Below are positions 27,985 through 38,183 of a stretch of DNA of 64,000 bases, piece by piece. The DNA is from a virus: the IMG/VR virus record IMGVR_UViG_3300025732_000018; one strand, given 5' to 3'. The notes under the pieces were generated by a model that had not been told where the DNA came from, made no database searches, and was given only the letters and a program-made list of their open reading frames with translations. Numbering within the stretch: position 1 is the first letter of the stretch; each line of letters starts with the position of its first letter. Made by a program: the position numbers and the translations under genes.

Positions 27985-28593
27985 ATGTTAACTATGGAAC
28001 AGCTGTCTCGATGCTTTGAGACTGATAAGTCAATTCTAGAGAAGTATCTAGTTCCGCTGATCAAGTGCTTCGACAGATTCGAGATCAACACCTCAGAGAG
28101 AATCGCAATGTTTCTCGCTCAAGTTGGTCACGAGTCTGCCGGCCTTAAGACCGTCAAGGAGAACCTGAATTACTCGGCAGAGAGATTGATTCAGGTGTTT
28201 CCTAAGTACTTTAGAAACGTCAGCGCGACTTCATACGCTCGGAACCCAGAGAAGATAGCCAACCGAGTCTACGCCAACAGGATGGGAAACGGTCCTGAGG
28301 AGTCTGGGGACGGTTGGAAGTACAGGGGGCGCGGAGCCATACAGCTGACCGGAAAAGACAACTACGGTCGATTCGCGAAGTCGATGGGAATGAAGTTAGA
28401 AGACGTTCCCGCCTACCTCGAGACTCCAGAGGGAGCCATCATGTCTGCTGGTTGGTTCTGGGACGTCAATAAGCTCAACGAGTCTGCTGACGCCGAAGAC
28501 GTCGAAGCGTCGACTAGAAAGATCAACGGTGGCGTCAACGGCCTCGACGACCGAAAGAAGCACTACAAGAAGATCAGATCTATAATCGGTTGA
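27985..28593 (+). CDS. glycoside hydrolase family 19 endolysin
   Basis: FLAQVGHES, ENLNYS, YANRMGNG, YRGRG-IQLTGK-NY, INGG-NGL-DR. Confidence 0.92.
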   Translation: MLTMEQLSRCFETDKSILEKYLVPLIKCFDRFEINTSERIAMFLAQVGHESAGLKTVKENLNYSAERLIQVFPKYFRNVSATSYARNPEKIANRVYANRMGNGPEESGDGWKYRGRGAIQLTGKDNYGRFAKSMGMKLEDVPAYLETPEGAIMSAGWFWDVNKLNESADAEDVEASTRKINGGVNGLDDRKKHYKKIRSIIG

Positions 28594-28645
28594 CAATTTT
28601 TTAGATCCTTGATATATTGGTATAGTATTCTCAGCACAGGTGATC

Positions 28646-31177
28646 ATGTCAAGGTTCTACACACACGTCGATCTCGTCCGAAACGAGATCTTGCTCAGGG
28701 GCTATCAGAACGGCAAGCGCATTCAAGAGCGAATGCCGTACCGTCCCTACCTCTTCCTTCCTAAGAAGGACGGGCCGTACAAGACTCTCGACGGGGTAGC
28801 GGTCGACAAGATCGAGTTTGAGTCGGCTTCAGAGGCGCGCGACTTCATCAAGAAGTACAGCGAGGTCTCTAACTTCTCGTGGTACGGTCTCAACAACTTC
28901 CTCTACACCTTCATCTACGACGAGTATCAGGGCGAGATCGACTACGATCCGTCGTTAATCTCCGTCGTCAGCATCGACATCGAGACTCCGACTGACTCTG
29001 GCTTTCCAGACCCGCACGTCGCCAATGTCCCCATCAGCAACATCACAGTATCTAAGAACGGCAAGATCGTGGTCTTTGGCTGCGAGTACTACAAGCCTAA
29101 GCTCGACAACGTTCACTACGTCATGTGTAAGGACGAGCACGACCTGCTCAGTCGCTTCATCGTCCTGTGGCACAGCGATGAGTGGAAGCCTGACGTCGTG
29201 ACCGGGTGGAACATCGATGGGTTCGACATTCCATATCTGTACAACCGGTTAGAGCGTGTTCTCGGTGAGCGAGAAGGTCGCAAGCTCTCCCCGTGGGGTT
29301 ACGTTGAGCAACGAGAGATTATTCGTGGCAAGTCTGCTTCTCGCGGTGGCAAAGGAATTGATGACAGAATTGAAGCGTTTTATGAAATACGTGGTGTATC
29401 GTCTCTTGACTACATGGAGCTGTACAAGAAGTTCTCTTTCTCCAACCAGGAGAGCTACTCCCTTAATCACATAGCTAAGGTAGTTCTCGATCAAGAGAAG
29501 CTGGACTACTCTGAGTTCAACAGCCTGTATGAGTTCTACAAGAAAGACTACGAGCGGTTCGTGGACTACAACATTCACGACGTCGTTCTCGTCGACAGAC
29601 TCGAGGACAAGCTCGGCTTTATCAAGCAGGTGTTCGCTCTAGCGTACGACGCCAAGGTGAACTATATGGACACGATGACAACGGTGCGTCCGTGGGACGT
29701 CATCATCCACAACTACCTGATGGACAGAAAGATCGTCATTCCGCAGCGGTTAGACTCGAGCGAGGACTTCGACTTAGTCGGGGGGTACGTCAAGGACCCT
29801 CAGAACGGAATGCACCAGTGGGTAGTCTCGTTCGACTTGAACTCTCTCTACCCTCACTTGATCATGCAGTACAACATCTCTCCCGAGACGTACGTAGGAA
29901 AGCTAGAGGGCTTCTCCATCGAGTCGAGCCTGAAGGGTGTCCATGACTCCTTTCAAAAGGAGATGAAGGAACATAACGTCTGCGTAGCCGCCAACGGCTG
30001 TGCCTACACCAAGGAGCGTCACGGCTTCCTCCCTGAGATCATGGAGAAGATGTACAACGACCGCGTCGAGTACAAGAACAAGATGATTGAGGCGAAGAAG
30101 CAGTACGAGAAGACTCCCACCAAGGATCTTGAGAAGCTCATCTCTCGCTACCACAACATGCAGTTCGTTAAGAAGATCCAGCTCAACTCAGCCTACGGCG
30201 CACTCGGCAACAAGTACTTTCGCTGGTTCGACCTCAAGCACGCCGAGGCTATCACTACCTCCGGTCAGCTCGCGATTAGATACATAGAGAATGAGATCAA
30301 CGAGTATCTCAACAAGTTGCTCAATACCAAGGAGAAAGACTATGTCATTGCGAGCGATACGGATTCAATCTATATTACTCTTGACGCGCTTGTCGGTCAA
30401 CTTGGTAAAGACAAACCTGAGACTCTTAAGATCGTCTCCATCATTGATAAATTCTGTCAGGCTAAACTTGAACCGTTTATTGATGATGCTTACGAGCGCC
30501 TTGGCCGACGCGTTAATGCCTACTCCCAAAAGATGAGGATGAAGCGCGAGAACATCGCTAACAAGGGTATCTGGACAGCGAAGAAGCGCTACATCCTAAA
30601 CGTGTATGACCAAGAGGGCGTGGCCTTCACTGAGCCCAAGCTAAAGATGATGGGCATCGAGGCAATCAGGTCCTCTACTCCGGCCTCGTGTAAGGACAAC
30701 ATTAAGAAGGCACTCAAGATCATCATGTCGTCTGACGAGCGAGAGCTCAGGAAGTTCGTAGAAAACTTCAGACGTGAGTTCTCTCAGATGCCGTTCGATG
30801 AGGTCGCCTTCCCACGTACGTGCAATAAAATGGCACTTTATGCCGACGCAGCTTCTATATACAAGAAGGGTACTCCTATCCACGTTCGCGGTGCCCTTCT
30901 TTATAACAATCTCATCAAGCAGCAGAAGATGGCTGACAAGCTTCCTAGGATCATGAACGGCGACAAGATAAAGTTTGCTTACATGAAGCTTCCTAACCCC
31001 ATCAGGGAGAACGTCTTCTCGACGCCTGGAGAGATGCCGAGAGAGCTCGAGCTTGATAAATACATCGACTACGAACTGCAGTTCGAGAAAGCCTTCATTG
31101 ACCCTATCATGAGCATCCTCAAGGCCATTGGTTGGGATCTCGAGGAGAGGGCAACACTGAGTAAGTTCTGGAGCTAA
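28646..31177 (+). CDS. gp43: family B DNA polymerase (gp43)
   Basis: DIET, GWNIDGFD, SFDLNSLYP, KIQLNSAYG, SDTDS, KKRY; uninterrupted. Confidence 0.98.
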   Translation: MSRFYTHVDLVRNEILLRGYQNGKRIQERMPYRPYLFLPKKDGPYKTLDGVAVDKIEFESASEARDFIKKYSEVSNFSWYGLNNFLYTFIYDEYQGEIDYDPSLISVVSIDIETPTDSGFPDPHVANVPISNITVSKNGKIVVFGCEYYKPKLDNVHYVMCKDEHDLLSRFIVLWHSDEWKPDVVTGWNIDGFDIPYLYNRLERVLGEREGRKLSPWGYVEQREIIRGKSASRGGKGIDDRIEAFYEIRGVSSLDYMELYKKFSFSNQESYSLNHIAKVVLDQEKLDYSEFNSLYEFYKKDYERFVDYNIHDVVLVDRLEDKLGFIKQVFALAYDAKVNYMDTMTTVRPWDVIIHNYLMDRKIVIPQRLDSSEDFDLVGGYVKDPQNGMHQWVVSFDLNSLYPHLIMQYNISPETYVGKLEGFSIESSLKGVHDSFQKEMKEHNVCVAANGCAYTKERHGFLPEIMEKMYNDRVEYKNKMIEAKKQYEKTPTKDLEKLISRYHNMQFVKKIQLNSAYGALGNKYFRWFDLKHAEAITTSGQLAIRYIENEINEYLNKLLNTKEKDYVIASDTDSIYITLDALVGQLGKDKPETLKIVSIIDKFCQAKLEPFIDDAYERLGRRVNAYSQKMRMKRENIANKGIWTAKKRYILNVYDQEGVAFTEPKLKMMGIEAIRSSTPASCKDNIKKALKIIMSSDERELRKFVENFRREFSQMPFDEVAFPRTCNKMALYADAASIYKKGTPIHVRGALLYNNLIKQQKMADKLPRIMNGDKIKFAYMKLPNPIRENVFSTPGEMPRELELDKYIDYELQFEKAFIDPIMSILKAIGWDLEERATLSKFWS

Positions 31178-31179
31178 CG

Positions 31180-31461
31180 ATGAGCGACTACAACTTTGAC
31201 TTTGGTTTCTCCGCCGTCACAGAGGAGGAGCTGGCCGCCGTCCAAAAGAAGGACGAGGAGATAAAGTCCGCCACTGACGCCGCGGCGTCTGCTGCAGCAG
31301 AAGCAGCGAAGGCTCATGACAAGGCTAACCAGATGTATAAGATGATCACTCCTCTCTTGGACAACCTCGTAAAGGATCCTGAGAAAGAGTACATCTACTG
31401 GCCGAACCGTCAAGCGAAGATCAAGGCCTTCAAAGAGCAGCTTCAAAAAATCCTTAAATGA
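31180..31461 (+). CDS. conserved hypothetical protein
   Basis: FDFGFSAV...PLL-NL-KDPEKEYIYWPNR. Confidence 0.7.
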   Translation: MSDYNFDFGFSAVTEEELAAVQKKDEEIKSATDAAASAAAEAAKAHDKANQMYKMITPLLDNLVKDPEKEYIYWPNRQAKIKAFKEQLQKILK

Positions 31462-32261
31462 TAAACTATCTAGCACTGGTCGTAGCGCTGTGTCTGTCGG
31501 CAGTGTCAGCATACTACTCCATAGTAGGTCTGACTGCGCTGTTCGCTGCCGCGTTCTGGCCGGTGGTGGTAATGGGAACCGCGCTCGAGGCTGGAAAGCT
31601 GGTCACGGCCAGCTGGCTCTATAGAAACTGGAGAACGGCGCCTGAGATACTGAAGGCCTATCTCTTGCTCTCGATCATAGTTCTCATGTTCATCACCAGC
31701 ATGGGAACGTTCGGGTTTCTGACCAAAGCTCACATCGACCAAACTCTCCGGATGACTGGAGAGACAGACCAACAGGTGCAGATAATCGACCAGAAGATCG
31801 AGAACATAAAGCTAGCAGTCGCCGACATCGACAAGCAAGTATCTCAGATCGACGCCGCAGTGAACAAGATGACAGATCGTGGACAAGCCACTTCCTCGCT
31901 CAGGGCGGCTGAGCAGCAGAGGAAGACCCGAGACGCTCTTACAAAGAAAAGAGACGATCATGTCAAAGATATTTCCGAACTCACGACCGAAAGAGTCAGA
32001 CTCAAGTCTGAAGTTAGAAAGCTCGAAGCCGAAGTTGGGCCGCTCAAGTACATATCTGAGATCATCTACGATAATCAGTCGCCTGAGAACCTTGAAAGAA
32101 GCGTTCGCATTGTTATTATTCTTCTTGTTAGCGTTTTTGATCCACTGGCTATCGTTCTACTGATAGCAGCAAATCATGGAATCGCCACATCAAGACGGTT
32201 GACAATTATAGGGCAAAAGGATACTATAGAAATAACCGACAATGACATCCTGAAAATCTAG
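31458..32261 (+). CDS. membrane protein with coiled coil
   Basis: Three N-terminal TM segments, a coiled coil, C-terminal TM with FDPLA. Confidence 0.75.
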   Translation: MINYLALVVALCLSAVSAYYSIVGLTALFAAAFWPVVVMGTALEAGKLVTASWLYRNWRTAPEILKAYLLLSIIVLMFITSMGTFGFLTKAHIDQTLRMTGETDQQVQIIDQKIENIKLAVADIDKQVSQIDAAVNKMTDRGQATSSLRAAEQQRKTRDALTKKRDDHVKDISELTTERVRLKSEVRKLEAEVGPLKYISEIIYDNQSPENLERSVRIVIILLVSVFDPLAIVLLIAANHGIATSRRLTIIGQKDTIEITDNDILKI

Positions 32262-32267
32262 TGTGAG

Positions 32268-33320
32268 GTGAATATGTCTCTCAAGGACAAGCTTATTAAG
32301 AACTCGACAATCGATCTTACGTCGACCCTGCTCGACAGCAAGATCTTTACTAAGAAGGACATGATCCCTACGTCCGTGCCGATGATCAACGTGGCCCTGT
32401 CCGGTACGGTCGACGGGGGTATCACTCCAGGCCTAACCATGTTGGCCGGCCCATCCAAGCACTTTAAGACCGGCTTCGCCCTTCTTCTAGCATCGGCCTT
32501 CCTAAAGAAGTACAACGACGGCGTCGTGCTTTTCTACGACTCTGAGTTCGGTACTCCTCAGTCATACTTTAACACTTTCAAGATACCTCTCGAGTCGGTG
32601 GTTCATACGCCTATTACCGACATCGAGGAGCTCAAGTTCGACATCATGCAGCAGATGAAGAACCTCGAGCGCACTGACCGAGTCATGATCATCATCGACT
32701 CGATCGGTAACCTCGCCTCGAAGAAGGAGGTTGAGGACGCGATGGAAGGTAAGTCCGTCGCCGACATGACGCGAGCCAAGCAGCTCAAGTCTCTGTTCCG
32801 AATGGTCACGCCTCACCTGTCTCTTAAGGACATTCCGATGGTAGTGATCAACCACACTTACAAGACTATGGAGCTCTACGCCAAGGACGTCGTCGGAGGC
32901 GGAACTGGCTCGTACTACGGCTCAGACAACATCTGGATCCTAGGGAGGCAGCAGGACAAGGATGGCACCGAGATACAAGGCTACCACTTCGTCATTAACG
33001 TGGAGAAGAGTCGCTATGTCAAGGAGAAGTCGAAGATCCCGATCACAGTCTCATTCAACGGTGGTATCAATCGCTGGAGCGGTCTTCTGGATGTCGCTCT
33101 GGACGGTGGTTATATTGCTAAGCCTAAAGCTGGGTGGTACGCCGTAGTCGACAAGACGACCGGCGAGCTTCAGCAGCCGAACATGCGCGCGGCCGACATA
33201 GTGAACAACAAGGAGTTCTGGATGAAGATCTTCGAGTCCACTGACTTCGCACGCTACATCGAGAACCGGTACAAGATAGCCATCGGTTCTATCATGGACG
33301 ACGACTCCGAGGACAATTGA
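32268..33320 (+). CDS. uvsX: RecA-like recombinase UvsX
   Basis: AGPSKHFKT, FYDSEFG, IDSIGNLAS, DMTRAK-LKSLFR. Confidence 0.96.
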   Translation: MNMSLKDKLIKNSTIDLTSTLLDSKIFTKKDMIPTSVPMINVALSGTVDGGITPGLTMLAGPSKHFKTGFALLLASAFLKKYNDGVVLFYDSEFGTPQSYFNTFKIPLESVVHTPITDIEELKFDIMQQMKNLERTDRVMIIIDSIGNLASKKEVEDAMEGKSVADMTRAKQLKSLFRMVTPHLSLKDIPMVVINHTYKTMELYAKDVVGGGTGSYYGSDNIWILGRQQDKDGTEIQGYHFVINVEKSRYVKEKSKIPITVSFNGGINRWSGLLDVALDGGYIAKPKAGWYAVVDKTTGELQQPNMRAADIVNNKEFWMKIFESTDFARYIENRYKIAIGSIMDDDSEDN

Positions 33321-34699
33321 TGCTTGAGGAGGTAATTCTCTCCAACCTGCTGCTCAACGAGGAGTACAGCAGGAAGGTGGTGCCGTTCTTGAAGGAGGAG
33401 TACTTCTCTCAGCAGCAGCACCGAGTCGTGTACTCGCTCATCGACGAGTACATCAAGAAGTACAACGGCCTCCCTACTAAGGAGGCCCTCGTCATCGAGC
33501 TGTCCGAGAAGACTGGCCTCAGCGAGCAGGTGTTCAACGAGGCTAAGTCTACAGTAGTCGCTCTCGCGCCGAGCGACACTCAGATCGACTGGCTTCTCGA
33601 CAACACAGAGAAGTTCTGCCAGGACAAGGCGATCTACAACGCCATCATGCAGTCGATCACCATCATCGACGACAAGACTGGCAACGCCTCGAAGGGAGCA
33701 ATCCCTAAGATCCTGCAGGACGCGCTCGGAGTCTCTTTCGACTCCAGCGTCGGCCACGACTACCTGCAGGACTCTGACATTCGATACGACTTCTACCACC
33801 GCAAGGAAGACCGCATCCCGTTCGACCTGACCTTGTTAAACTCCATCACTCGCGGTGGGTTGCCCAGGAAGACACTCAACGTCATCCTGGCCGGCACCGG
33901 CGTCGGCAAGTCTCTCTTCATGTGTCATGCCGCTGCCAACAACCTGTGTCAGAACAGGAACGTCCTCTACATCACCCTCGAGATGGCCGAGGAGAAGATC
34001 GCCGAGCGCATCGACGCTAACCTGCTCAACGTGTCGATCGACGAGCTCATGACCCTGCCGAAGGAGTCGTACGACAAGAAGATCAACAAGCTGAGAGAGA
34101 AGTACGTCGGTAAGCTAATAGTCAAGGAGTATCCAACCGCGTCGGCCGGATCAGCACACTTTAGGCACCTGCTCAATGAACTCAGAATTAAGCGTAACTT
34201 TGTACCAGACATTATCTATATTGACTATCTTAATATCTGTAGCAGCAGTCGCATACGCGCTGGCTCTAATGTCAATAGCTATACGTACATTAAGGCAATC
34301 GCAGAAGAGCTCAGAGGACTCGCTGTTGAGTTTAACGTTCCTCTCGTCTCGGCTACGCAGACGACTAGAAGCGGATACAGCAACTCCGACATCGACCTCA
34401 CAGACACCTCAGAGTCCTTCGGCCTCCCGGCGACCGCCGACTTCATGATAGCTCTCATCAAGTCTGATGACCTTAACGAGCTCGATCAGATCATGATAAA
34501 GCAACTAAAGAACCGCTACAACGATCCGAACATAAATAAGAAGTTCGTGGTCGGAGTAGACCGACCTAAGTTCAGACTCTACGACGTCGAGGAGTCTGCA
34601 CAGAATGATATTCTAGATGGACCCGTGTTTGACAAGACCCCCTATGGAGCCGGATCCAGCTCTGACTTTAAAGAAAAGTTGAAAGGATTACTGTCATGA
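33317..34699 (+). CDS. gp41: replicative DNA helicase (gp41)
   Basis: AGTGVGKSL, LEMAEE, IDYLNI, SATQTTR, SESFGLPATAD, KQLKNRY. Confidence 0.96.
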   Translation: MMLEEVILSNLLLNEEYSRKVVPFLKEEYFSQQQHRVVYSLIDEYIKKYNGLPTKEALVIELSEKTGLSEQVFNEAKSTVVALAPSDTQIDWLLDNTEKFCQDKAIYNAIMQSITIIDDKTGNASKGAIPKILQDALGVSFDSSVGHDYLQDSDIRYDFYHRKEDRIPFDLTLLNSITRGGLPRKTLNVILAGTGVGKSLFMCHAAANNLCQNRNVLYITLEMAEEKIAERIDANLLNVSIDELMTLPKESYDKKINKLREKYVGKLIVKEYPTASAGSAHFRHLLNELRIKRNFVPDIIYIDYLNICSSSRIRAGSNVNSYTYIKAIAEELRGLAVEFNVPLVSATQTTRSGYSNSDIDLTDTSESFGLPATADFMIALIKSDDLNELDQIMIKQLKNRYNDPNINKKFVVGVDRPKFRLYDVEESAQNDILDGPVFDKTPYGAGSSSDFKEKLKGLLS

Positions 34700-35397
34700 T
34701 TGAGTCAATTCATAAGCACGGACTCTTCGCGATTCCAATCTACAAGTTAAAGTTCTCGCGACACGAGGAGCTCAAACAGCAGTTCATAGACTATATGGAG
34801 ACTGAAGATGAGTGGTCTCTGACGACCGCGCCTACCCTTAACTTCACCGCCGCCAACCTTCACAAGGTCAAGCTGTTCGAGCCTTTCGTAGAGTTCGTCG
34901 AAGAGGGCCTGAGACGCGTGATGGACGATCAAGGATACGTGCCGAGCGTTAAGGTCACTGGAATGTGGGGTACTAAGCATGACGACGGTGGGTTTCATCA
35001 TCGACACACGCATCACAACACGTTCCTGGCGGGAGTCTATTACCTACACGGAAACGAAAGCTGCTCGGGTACATCATTCTATAACGTGCACAGTTACCAT
35101 TCCATAATTCATCCAGCAAGGCAGAGGGGAAGGTCACAGAACAGAAACTCTTTGAGTAGCCACACTGAAAGGTTCGAAGAGGGTACACTGATCATCTTTC
35201 CGGCCTGGCTCCCCCACGACACGGCCAGGAACAACATGCAGAGAACAAACACGACTCGGTACATCTTGTCGTTCAACTCCATGCCGGTAGGTTCAACCAA
35301 CGTCGACATGTTTGATAGGTACGACTATCCAGATCCGTCTAAGATGAAACTAATTACGAAGCTAGACGACAAGTTCGACCATCGAAGAGGCAGTTGA
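34696..35397 (+). CDS. putative 2OG-Fe(II) oxygenase (TIGR02466-like)
   Basis: LFAIPIY, H-H---LAGVYY, EGTLIIFPAWLPH, R--LSFN. Confidence 0.82.
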   Translation: MIESIHKHGLFAIPIYKLKFSRHEELKQQFIDYMETEDEWSLTTAPTLNFTAANLHKVKLFEPFVEFVEEGLRRVMDDQGYVPSVKVTGMWGTKHDDGGFHHRHTHHNTFLAGVYYLHGNESCSGTSFYNVHSYHSIIHPARQRGRSQNRNSLSSHTERFEEGTLIIFPAWLPHDTARNNMQRTNTTRYILSFNSMPVGSTNVDMFDRYDYPDPSKMKLITKLDDKFDHRRGS

Positions 35398-35428
35398 CAA
35401 ACTTACTCAACTGACATATATTATACAC

Positions 35429-35656
35429 ATGGTCATGAAGTGGACCCGTCACAGGGACAATCTTGGTAATGCGTGGTACGAGGGCAGGGTCGCCGGGGCT
35501 CTAGAAGCTAGGGTCTGGCACGACCCTGCCAGTCGTCTAAACTATAAATGGTTATGTAGGATACGAAATCATGCGCCGTTCTCAAAAAGATCGGCTATTC
35601 TTTGTAAGAAAGATGCGGATGCGATAGTTTCGACTTTCTATAACCCGCTATTGTGA
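35429..35656 (+). CDS. hypothetical protein
   Basis: Follows a TTGACA-type promoter at about 35394. Confidence 0.55.
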   Translation: MVMKWTRHRDNLGNAWYEGRVAGALEARVWHDPASRLNYKWLCRIRNHAPFSKRSAILCKKDADAIVSTFYNPLL

Positions 35657-35699
35657 TGACAGTTTGTGGTACCTCAACTCGCTTGAAGGATACCTGTAA

Positions 35700-36188
35700 A
35701 TGTCTAAAGAAGTAAAGAGACTGACCAGAGAGGTCAAAAAGCTAACTGGAAACGTCTCTAAGAGAAAGCTGGTCAAGGAGTCGGCTGCTTTCTTCAAAGA
35801 GTATCTATTTAGAGACAATCCCCGCCTAGCCAACTTTGTATACGTCGACTTGAAGCTAAGGTCCGGAATGGACTGTTTCGGCGAGGTCTGCTGGCAAGAC
35901 AGCAACCTTAGGCCGCGCGAGTTCGACATGACTATAAACATGGACCTTCCGAACTATGACATCGTGTCTACCGCAGCCCACGAGATGGTCCACGTGTGGC
36001 AGTACTCGACCGGTAGGTTCAAGAACTATCTAGACGGAAACGACTACTTCAACGGTCGTCTCTACAAGAGAGACCTCTCGTACGAGAAAAGACCGTGGGA
36101 GAAAGAAGCCTACAGGATGGAGACTAGACTGGTGAAAAAGTGGATCAAACACGTAAAGAAGAACGGACTCTATGAGCTTAAGTCTTGA
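35700..36188 (+). CDS. zinc metallopeptidase-like protein (HEXXH)
   Basis: AHEMVHVWQ ... Y--RPWE-EAY. Confidence 0.78.
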   Translation: MSKEVKRLTREVKKLTGNVSKRKLVKESAAFFKEYLFRDNPRLANFVYVDLKLRSGMDCFGEVCWQDSNLRPREFDMTINMDLPNYDIVSTAAHEMVHVWQYSTGRFKNYLDGNDYFNGRLYKRDLSYEKRPWEKEAYRMETRLVKKWIKHVKKNGLYELKS

Positions 36189-36387
36189 AAGACAACTCGA
36201 GCTTCGAAGCCTGATTCTAGCAGACCTCGAGGCTACGGACCAGATTAACGGAAGAGAAGCCGCTAGAGACATAGCGGTAGCTCAGCTATACTACTCTACG
36301 GAGTGGCTGGTCAAGACCTATCCTAGGGAGAAAGTCATAGAGTTACTCGAGACACAGCTTCGGAACATTAGAGCAAAGAAGTGGTAG
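36172..36387 (+). CDS. hypothetical protein
   Basis: 71 aa overlapping ORF. Confidence 0.6.
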   Translation: MSLSLERQLELRSLILADLEATDQINGREAARDIAVAQLYYSTEWLVKTYPREKVIELLETQLRNIRAKKW

Positions 36388-36392
36388 ATCTT

Positions 36393-36532
36393 TAAGTTAT
36401 TGAAAAACCATAGCTTTTTCTAAGCCTTTGAAAAGACACAGTTTTTTCTAAGTCATTGAAATACCATAGCTTTTCTTAAGCCGTTGAAGACATTGAGCTT
36501 TTCCTAAGCCATTGATCTTCAACGGCTATTTT
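36393..36532. repeat. five 28-bp tandem repeats (TAAGnnnTTGA core)
   Basis: TAAG starts at 36393, 36421, 36449, 36477, 36505 (exact 28-bp period); the last units form AGCCGTTGAAGA/TCTTCAACGGCT followed by a T-tract. Confidence 0.9.
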
Positions 36533-36611
36533 TTTTTTCAAAAAGCTGCACTTTTTGGTGTACATTATTTGTAAGATGGACTACTATAAGAATATAAGGA
36601 ATGAGGAACTA

Positions 36612-36827
36612 ATGTCCATCTACACGACCACCAAGAAAGCCACCCCTGAGATCGACTCCCTGATCCAGGCCTTCTCCGGTAAGATCACGGTCTGCCGTCC
36701 CGGCCGGAAGTTCAAGACCTTCCGCCAGCGTGGCACTTGGGAGGCCATGGCCGCCAAGAACGGCTGCGAGACCTTCGTTACCCAAGGTCAACGAAATTCT
36801 TCCTCCATGAACCGCTCTAGGGGTTGA
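36612..36827 (+). CDS. early hypothetical protein
   Basis: GAGGAA SD; follows promoter cassette 36557-36604. Confidence 0.65.
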   Translation: MSIYTTTKKATPEIDSLIQAFSGKITVCRPGRKFKTFRQRGTWEAMAAKNGCETFVTQGQRNSSSMNRSRG

Positions 36828-36852
36828 CATTATTTCCCAGACCGGCTATAAT
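36823..36852 (+). promoter_or_regulatory. early sigma70-type promoter
   Basis: GTTGACATTATTT, 17-bp spacer, TATAAT. Confidence 0.85.
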
Positions 36853-36858
36853 CATACT

Positions 36859-37197
36859 ATGGAAAACAGGAACAAACAAGTGACTCGTCAACGTACATCT
36901 GACTACGCCTTTACCACCACTAACCCTAACGACAGTCGGATTGCCGATCTCAAGCTGCACGCTCTCATCATGGGCATGGAGAACAAGATCATCGAGCTCA
37001 AGAATCCTGACGTCGCCAAGCGTAAGTTCAAGTCTCGCTACCGTGTGGTCGTCCGCGGCCGTCTCGGCAAGGACAATCCTAACGCTCACCTCTATCGAGT
37101 CGGCGGTCCCCTGAAGCGTAGCACGTCTCAGGACATCCGGCACGAGCATGCCCAGCGGTTCGACGTGTACCTCCGCGAGGTCCGCATCTACCGTTGA
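36859..37197 (+). CDS. early hypothetical protein (basic)
   Basis: ORF directly after an early promoter; highly expressed codon style. Confidence 0.7.
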   Translation: MENRNKQVTRQRTSDYAFTTTNPNDSRIADLKLHALIMGMENKIIELKNPDVAKRKFKSRYRVVVRGRLGKDNPNAHLYRVGGPLKRSTSQDIRHEHAQRFDVYLREVRIYR

Positions 37198-37259
37198 CAT
37201 AATTACTGGTACCTGATACTATCTGACTATAAACTGTGAAAACCTGAAAGGACTATATC

Positions 37260-37706
37260 ATGAAGATCGAAATGTCGTTCGCGGACTTCTCCGCTGGTGT
37301 CTCCTCTGTCGGCCGTGCCTTCGAGCAGTCCAAGGCCATCTTCTACGTCAAGTGCCCCAAGGGTGGCAAGGTTGAGCTCAACCTGCACTCCGGCACCTTC
37401 ACCGTAGGCTCCGGCTGCAAGCTCCGCGAGGTCATCACCGCGGCTGTCGAGAAGTCTGGCTTCAAGATCGCCAAGCGCGCCAAGGGTTGGACCGTGGTCT
37501 CGGCCGACGGCTACGACCAGGGAGACCTGCTCGCTCACTTCTGCGCCCTCTACAAGGTCGTCGAGGGTGCGGTCGCCGCTTCCTCGGCCAAGGCCACCAA
37601 GGCCAAGGCAGTCGCCAAGGGCAAGCTCGAGCTCTCAGACATGCTGAACTCGGCCCTCGGCGGCAAGACTAAGTCGACGAAGTCAGTCAGCCGCAAGGCT
37701 GCCTGA
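37260..37706 (+). CDS. early hypothetical protein with Ala/Lys-rich tail
   Basis: Promoter GTTGACATAAT...TACTAT at about 37193; AAGGA SD. Confidence 0.75.
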   Translation: MKIEMSFADFSAGVSSVGRAFEQSKAIFYVKCPKGGKVELNLHSGTFTVGSGCKLREVITAAVEKSGFKIAKRAKGWTVVSADGYDQGDLLAHFCALYKVVEGAVAASSAKATKAKAVAKGKLELSDMLNSALGGKTKSTKSVSRKAA

Positions 37707-38183
37707 TGACCCTCTTTCGCGGAGTGCCGTCAGACGGCCCGTGTCATACCGCCAACTGCCAGCTGTGGGAGGTCTTCGTTGACCAGATCAAGAAGCGAAC
37801 CGGCCGAGAGCCGTCCCACGGCTGGACAGAGGCGGAAGTCGTCCAGTGGCTCGACCTCGAGGGAGATCAAGTCCTTCACGGGGATGACCGAGGGCGGAGC
37901 CAACCGAATAGCGCGCTTCTACCAGCAGATGGGGAAGCGAGTGCTCGCGCGGCCTGAGTACAACCCAGAGACCACTCTCTGGGAGTTCGAGGTGGAGTGG
38001 TGAGATGTTCGTCTTCAAGGCGTCTCTCACCGTCCTACTGCTGATCTTCGTCCTGAGGCAGGCTCGAGAGCTGGCCATCGGGCCGGTAGAGGTCAGACTG
38101 ATTCTTCGCTACGTCTCGATCGCTCTGTGGGCAGTGTTCGGCCTGCTGCTGGTGATCGGCGTCTGGACCGCATGAGGTAACAA

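Noticed and set aside
28646-34699. Introns, inteins or homing endonucleases in gp43, uvsX or gp41
   Set aside because: The genes are continuous and of normal length; no LAGLIDADG, HNH, GIY-YIG or intein motifs seen.
36393-36532. 28-bp array as a CRISPR or mini-CRISPR array
   Set aside because: The period is only 28 bp with degenerate units and no 25-40 nt unique spacers; no cas genes in the window.
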